NCBI GenBank assembly: GCA_041687435.1
Contig: JAWLBX010000004.1
Span: 52,341-116,340 of the forward strand
Source of the DNA: Alphaproteobacteria bacterium
GTDB taxonomy: Bacteria; Pseudomonadota; Alphaproteobacteria; Bin95
Length of the DNA stretch: 64,000 nt
Direction: 5' to 3'
Positions 60,791 to 64,000 of this stretch are shown here, in pieces. Position numbers and translations under genes: made by a program. Below the pieces are notes generated by a model. That model was given only the letters and a program-made list of their open reading frames with translations. It ran no database searches and had not been told where the DNA came from. Positions within the stretch are counted from its first letter, which is position 1; each line of letters starts with the position of its first letter.

Positions 60791-61468
60791 TTAGGATTTC
60801 TGATAGTTGGATGGGAACATGTTCTTGCGGGCGTCGTCGTCCATCTCCGTCTTGAAAGAGTGGCGGTCCTTGATCGCCTCGGCTCTTTGGGCTGCCGGCC
60901 GTGCGTTGATTTCCTCCATCAGCCGCTTCAGGTTCGGCATGGATGGCAGGGCATCGTCGCCGAGGACCACCGGCAGCAGCCGCGCCCAGCCCCAGACGGC
61001 CATATCCACCAGGCTGTAATCGTCGCCCAGCATGTACTTGTTGTCGGCCAGGTGCGTATCGAGAATGCCGTAATGGCGGCGCGCCTCGAACATGTAGCGG
61101 TTGATGGCGTAGTCCAGCTTCTCCGGCGCGTGGTGGCGGAAGTGGACGGACTGGCCGCTATAGGGTCCGATGCCGGTAGCAACGAACATCAGCCAGGACA
61201 GCATTTCCGGCTCCTGCCGTGCCGGGCCGGTGAAACGGCCGGTTTTGTGGGCAAGATAGAGCAGGATGGCGTTGGAATCGAACACGCGCACGCCATCGTC
61301 GACAATGGCCGGTGCCTTCGAATTGGGATTGATAGCCTTGTATTCCGGCGTGTGCTGGTCGCCTTTGCGACCATCGACCGGAATAGCTTCGTAGGGCAGG
61401 CCGCTTTCTTCGAGGAACAGTGCGACCTTCATCGGATTCGGGCCGAGATTGTAATAGAATTTCAGCAT
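60791..61468 (-). CDS. Glutathione S-transferase (YfcG/nu-class-like)
   Basis: GPNPMKV, INPNSKAPAI, FDSNAILLYLA. Confidence 0.9.
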   Translation of the reverse strand: MLKFYYNLGPNPMKVALFLEESGLPYEAIPVDGRKGDQHTPEYKAINPNSKAPAIVDDGVRVFDSNAILLYLAHKTGRFTGPARQEPEMLSWLMFVATGIGPYSGQSVHFRHHAPEKLDYAINRYMFEARRHYGILDTHLADNKYMLGDDYSLVDMAVWGWARLLPVVLGDDALPSMPNLKRLMEEINARPAAQRAEAIKDRHSFKTEMDDDARKNMFPSNYQKS

Positions 61469-61627
61469 GGCTCGGTGGCTCCTTTGGCTGAGACGGCAAG
61501 GTGAGCCTAGCGGCTGGGCGGGTGTGACGGCAATCGGCTTTGCCGGTCCTGCACCCTTGCCTTGAGCGCCAAGGCGAAGCCGTTAGGATGGCCGCAAGTC
61601 AACCCGCCCAGGAAAGAGAGAACGCGG

Positions 61628-62614
61628 ATGCGTGCCCTGATTTGCCGTGAATGGGGACCGGTGGAAAACCTGGAACTCGCCGATATTCCCGCGCCCGTTC
61701 CCGGCCCGGACCAGTTGTTGCTGGATGTGGCCGCGAGTTCGGTCAATTTCGCCGATAGCCTGATGGTGGCGGGGAAATACCAGACCAAGCCGCCGTTTCC
61801 GTTCGCGCCGGGGCTGGAGGCTGCTGGCGTGGTGACTTCGGTCGGCCAGAACGTGACCAGGTTCAAGCCGGGCGACAGGGTAATGGCAATCCTGGCGCAT
61901 GGCGGTTTCGCCGAACAGGCGCTGGCCGAGCCGGGCGAGGTTTACCCGCTGTTTCCGGGTATGGACTTTGCCGAAGGTGCCATTTTTCCGGTCGCCTACA
62001 TCTCTGCCGACGTCGCACTGCGTTGGCAGGGGCGGGTCGAGGCCGGCGAGACCGTGATCGTGCTGGGCGCGGCGGGAGGGTCCGGACTGGCAGCGGTGGA
62101 AATCGCCAAGGCGATGGGCGCGCGTGTCATCGCCTGCGCGTCCAGCGACGAACGGCTGGCGATCTGCCGAGAGCATGGTGCCGATCATATCATCAACTAT
62201 GCGACCGGCTCGTTGAAAGAGGGCGTGATGGCGGTGACGAACGATCAGGGCGCGGACGTGTGTTTTGACCCCGTCGGCGGCGACCTGTTCGACGAGGCGC
62301 TGTCGTCGCTCGACTGGGGCGGCCGCTATGTGCATTTCGGCTTTGTCGGCGGCGTGCCGCAAATTCCCGCAAACCGGCTGCTGGTCAAGCATCGCACGGC
62401 GGCAGGCTCCAGCCTGCGCTACTTCCGCTGGCGCAAGCCGGACCTGCTGGCGCGCAGCGTCAAGGCGTTGGAGGTCTACTGGCTGGATGGCCGCCTCAAG
62501 CCTATCGTCACCAACCGGCTGCCGCTCGAGCGCGGGATCGAGGCGATCCAGTTGCTGACCCAGCGCAAGGCGGCGGGCAAGGTGGTGGTCGACGTGCAGA
62601 AGCTGGAGGGCTAG
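61628..62614 (+). CDS. NADPH:quinone oxidoreductase (MDR family)
   Basis: VNFAD, GKYQTKPPFPFAPGLE, GAAGGSG, DPVGG, GKVVV. Confidence 0.9.
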   Translation: MRALICREWGPVENLELADIPAPVPGPDQLLLDVAASSVNFADSLMVAGKYQTKPPFPFAPGLEAAGVVTSVGQNVTRFKPGDRVMAILAHGGFAEQALAEPGEVYPLFPGMDFAEGAIFPVAYISADVALRWQGRVEAGETVIVLGAAGGSGLAAVEIAKAMGARVIACASSDERLAICREHGADHIINYATGSLKEGVMAVTNDQGADVCFDPVGGDLFDEALSSLDWGGRYVHFGFVGGVPQIPANRLLVKHRTAAGSSLRYFRWRKPDLLARSVKALEVYWLDGRLKPIVTNRLPLERGIEAIQLLTQRKAAGKVVVDVQKLEG

Positions 62615-62617
62615 GCC

Positions 62618-63373
62618 ATGGCCGTGCATCTGGAGCGGAAGGGCCCGCACGTCGCCCTCATCACGCTGGACAACCAGCCGAAGCGCAACGCCGCCAGCCG
62701 GGCGGATTTCGCGGAACTGGGGCGTATCTGGGACGAGCTTGCGGCGGATGAGTCCTACCGCGCCATCGTCATCACCGGCGCGGGTGAGAAGGCATTCTGC
62801 GCTGGGGCGGACCTCTCCGGCGACCTGACGGCGGGCGAGGAGATGAGCCGGCTGGTGCACAAGGGCCTGCAGAAATACACGATCTACCGCAAGCCGGTGA
62901 TCGCTGCCGTCAATGGCGACTGCATCGCCGGCGGCGTCGAACTGATGCTGGCAAGCGACATCCGGCTGGCCGCGCCGCACGCCCGCTTTGGACTGACAGA
63001 GGTGAAGTGGGGCGTCTACCCCTTCGGCGGGGCGACGACGAAATTGCAGGCGCAGATCGGCTATGTGCACGCGATGGAATTGCTGCTGACCGGCAAGCTG
63101 ATCGGGGCGGACGAAGCGGCCCGTATCAACCTGATTAACCGGGTGGTGCCGGCAGAAAACCTGCTGGACGAGTGCTTGGCCCTGGCGGAAGCCATCGCCG
63201 CCAACTCGCCCGCGGCGGTGCAGGCGGTCAAGGAGCAGTATTCGACCAGCGCCTATTTGCGGGACATCGGCAAGGAGCCGTTGGAACAGACGCTTGGCGA
63301 CCGCGTGCGGATGAGCTCGGATTTCAAGGAAGGCGTCGCGGCGTTCCTGGAGAAGCGCAAGCCGTCCTATTAA
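62618..63373 (+). CDS. Enoyl-CoA hydratase/isomerase
   Basis: AFCAGADL, KPVIAAVNG..AGGVEL, FGLTEV, EGVAAFLEKR. Confidence 0.93.
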   Translation: MAVHLERKGPHVALITLDNQPKRNAASRADFAELGRIWDELAADESYRAIVITGAGEKAFCAGADLSGDLTAGEEMSRLVHKGLQKYTIYRKPVIAAVNGDCIAGGVELMLASDIRLAAPHARFGLTEVKWGVYPFGGATTKLQAQIGYVHAMELLLTGKLIGADEAARINLINRVVPAENLLDECLALAEAIAANSPAAVQAVKEQYSTSAYLRDIGKEPLEQTLGDRVRMSSDFKEGVAAFLEKRKPSY

Positions 63374-63389
63374 GGGATGAATTGACGCA

Positions 63390-63418
63390 AACGGCCCCGG
63401 CTTCGCACCGGGGCCGTT
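63390..63418. terminator. Hairpin, likely bidirectional terminator between convergent genes
   Basis: AACGGCCCCGG-CTTCGCA-CCGGGGCCGTT. Confidence 0.65.
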
Positions 63419-63465
63419 GAGATATGGCCCCCAGATGAAAGGGCCGCTCGGCTGCCGTGGGGAGG

Positions 63466-64000
63466 TCAGCCCGGCAGTGGTGCGTTCTTGAAGGCGTCCA
63501 GCGCTTCGGCGCGGGCGTTGTGGGCGGCGAGGGCCGGGAATTTCTCGGCCAGGCCCAGTTTCGGGCGCACCTTGCCGGCGAAGCTGAAGCCAACTGCCGC
63601 CGTCACATCCGCTTGCGTCATGTTCGGGCCGCATAGCCAGCCGTCACCGGCTGCCTTGGCCGCAATGTCCAGCCACTCGAACCCGCCCAGCGCCTGCTGT
63701 TCGTTATGCTCCACCCACGAGCGCGACACGTGCTCCTTGTCGTGGAAGCGCAACTCGTAGACCGCCCAGATGGTCTTGTCGATGGAACCGGCGGCAACCG
63801 CCGTCGTCTTCATCACCTTGCGGCGCTCCGCCCCGCTGGCCGGGGTCAGGCGCTTGTCGCCGGCCATTTCGTCCAGCGCGTCCAGGATGGCATAGCTTTC
63901 CACCAGGGCCTCGCCGTCGTCGGTCAGCAGGGTCGGCACGCGCACCAGCGGGTTGTGCTGTTTGATGGCATTCGGGTCATCCCAAACGCTGATTGCCTCC
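63466..64000 (-). CDS. Glutathione S-transferase family protein (5' end outside the window)
   Basis: Frame open to the window edge: ...ISVWDDPNAIKQHNPLVRVPTL...ESYAILDAL...TQAD. Confidence 0.85.
   Translation of the reverse strand, partial: EAISVWDDPNAIKQHNPLVRVPTLLTDDGEALVESYAILDALDEMAGDKRLTPASGAERRKVMKTTAVAAGSIDKTIWAVYELRFHDKEHVSRSWVEHNEQQALGGFEWLDIAAKAAGDGWLCGPNMTQADVTAAVGFSFAGKVRPKLGLAEKFPALAAHNARAEALDAFKNAPLPG

Noticed and set aside
61583-63634. 683-aa minus-strand ORF
   Set aside because: Antisense to the quinone oxidoreductase and enoyl-CoA hydratase genes; no motifs.
1-64000. CRISPR arrays, IS elements, prophage or defence genes
   Set aside because: No regularly spaced repeats, transposases, phage genes or recognisable defence domains were seen.

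Overview
GC-rich alphaproteobacterial chromosome segment, mostly core and metabolic genes. No transposase, integrase, prophage or CRISPR array was seen. In order it holds: the start of a C-P lyase operon (phnI partial, phnH, phnG, divergent phnF); a DUF2333-like gene; pepN; a displaced lpxD followed by an ACP and a NodE/FabF-like ketoacyl synthase; tRNA-Ile2(CAU); a RoxA/MauG-like di-heme protein convergent with a cytochrome P450; an orphan pdeM; petABC; mtnP-mtnA-class II aldolase (DHAP-shunt methionine salvage) plus two hydrolases; an ECF sigma/anti-sigma pair divergent from a secreted DUF4168-like gene; a TcuA-like flavoprotein with two TauD dioxygenases; a cytochrome b/class II cytochrome c pair; the rpsB-tsf-pyrH-frr-uppS-cdsA-dxr-rseP-bamA-fabZ-lpxA-lpxI-lpxB-gloA superoperon; leuB, asparaginase and queC; catabolic genes; a PEP-CTERM-like protein; mgtE; tRNA-Leu; lipB; and oxidoreductases/GSTs. 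The best candidates for new biology are the di-heme/P450 pair at the tRNA, the lpxD-ACP-KAS module, the ECF locus with two identically spaced divergent promoter motifs and a downstream sRNA candidate, and an unannotated 50-aa secreted peptide. All calls rest on motif recognition by eye; no searches were run.
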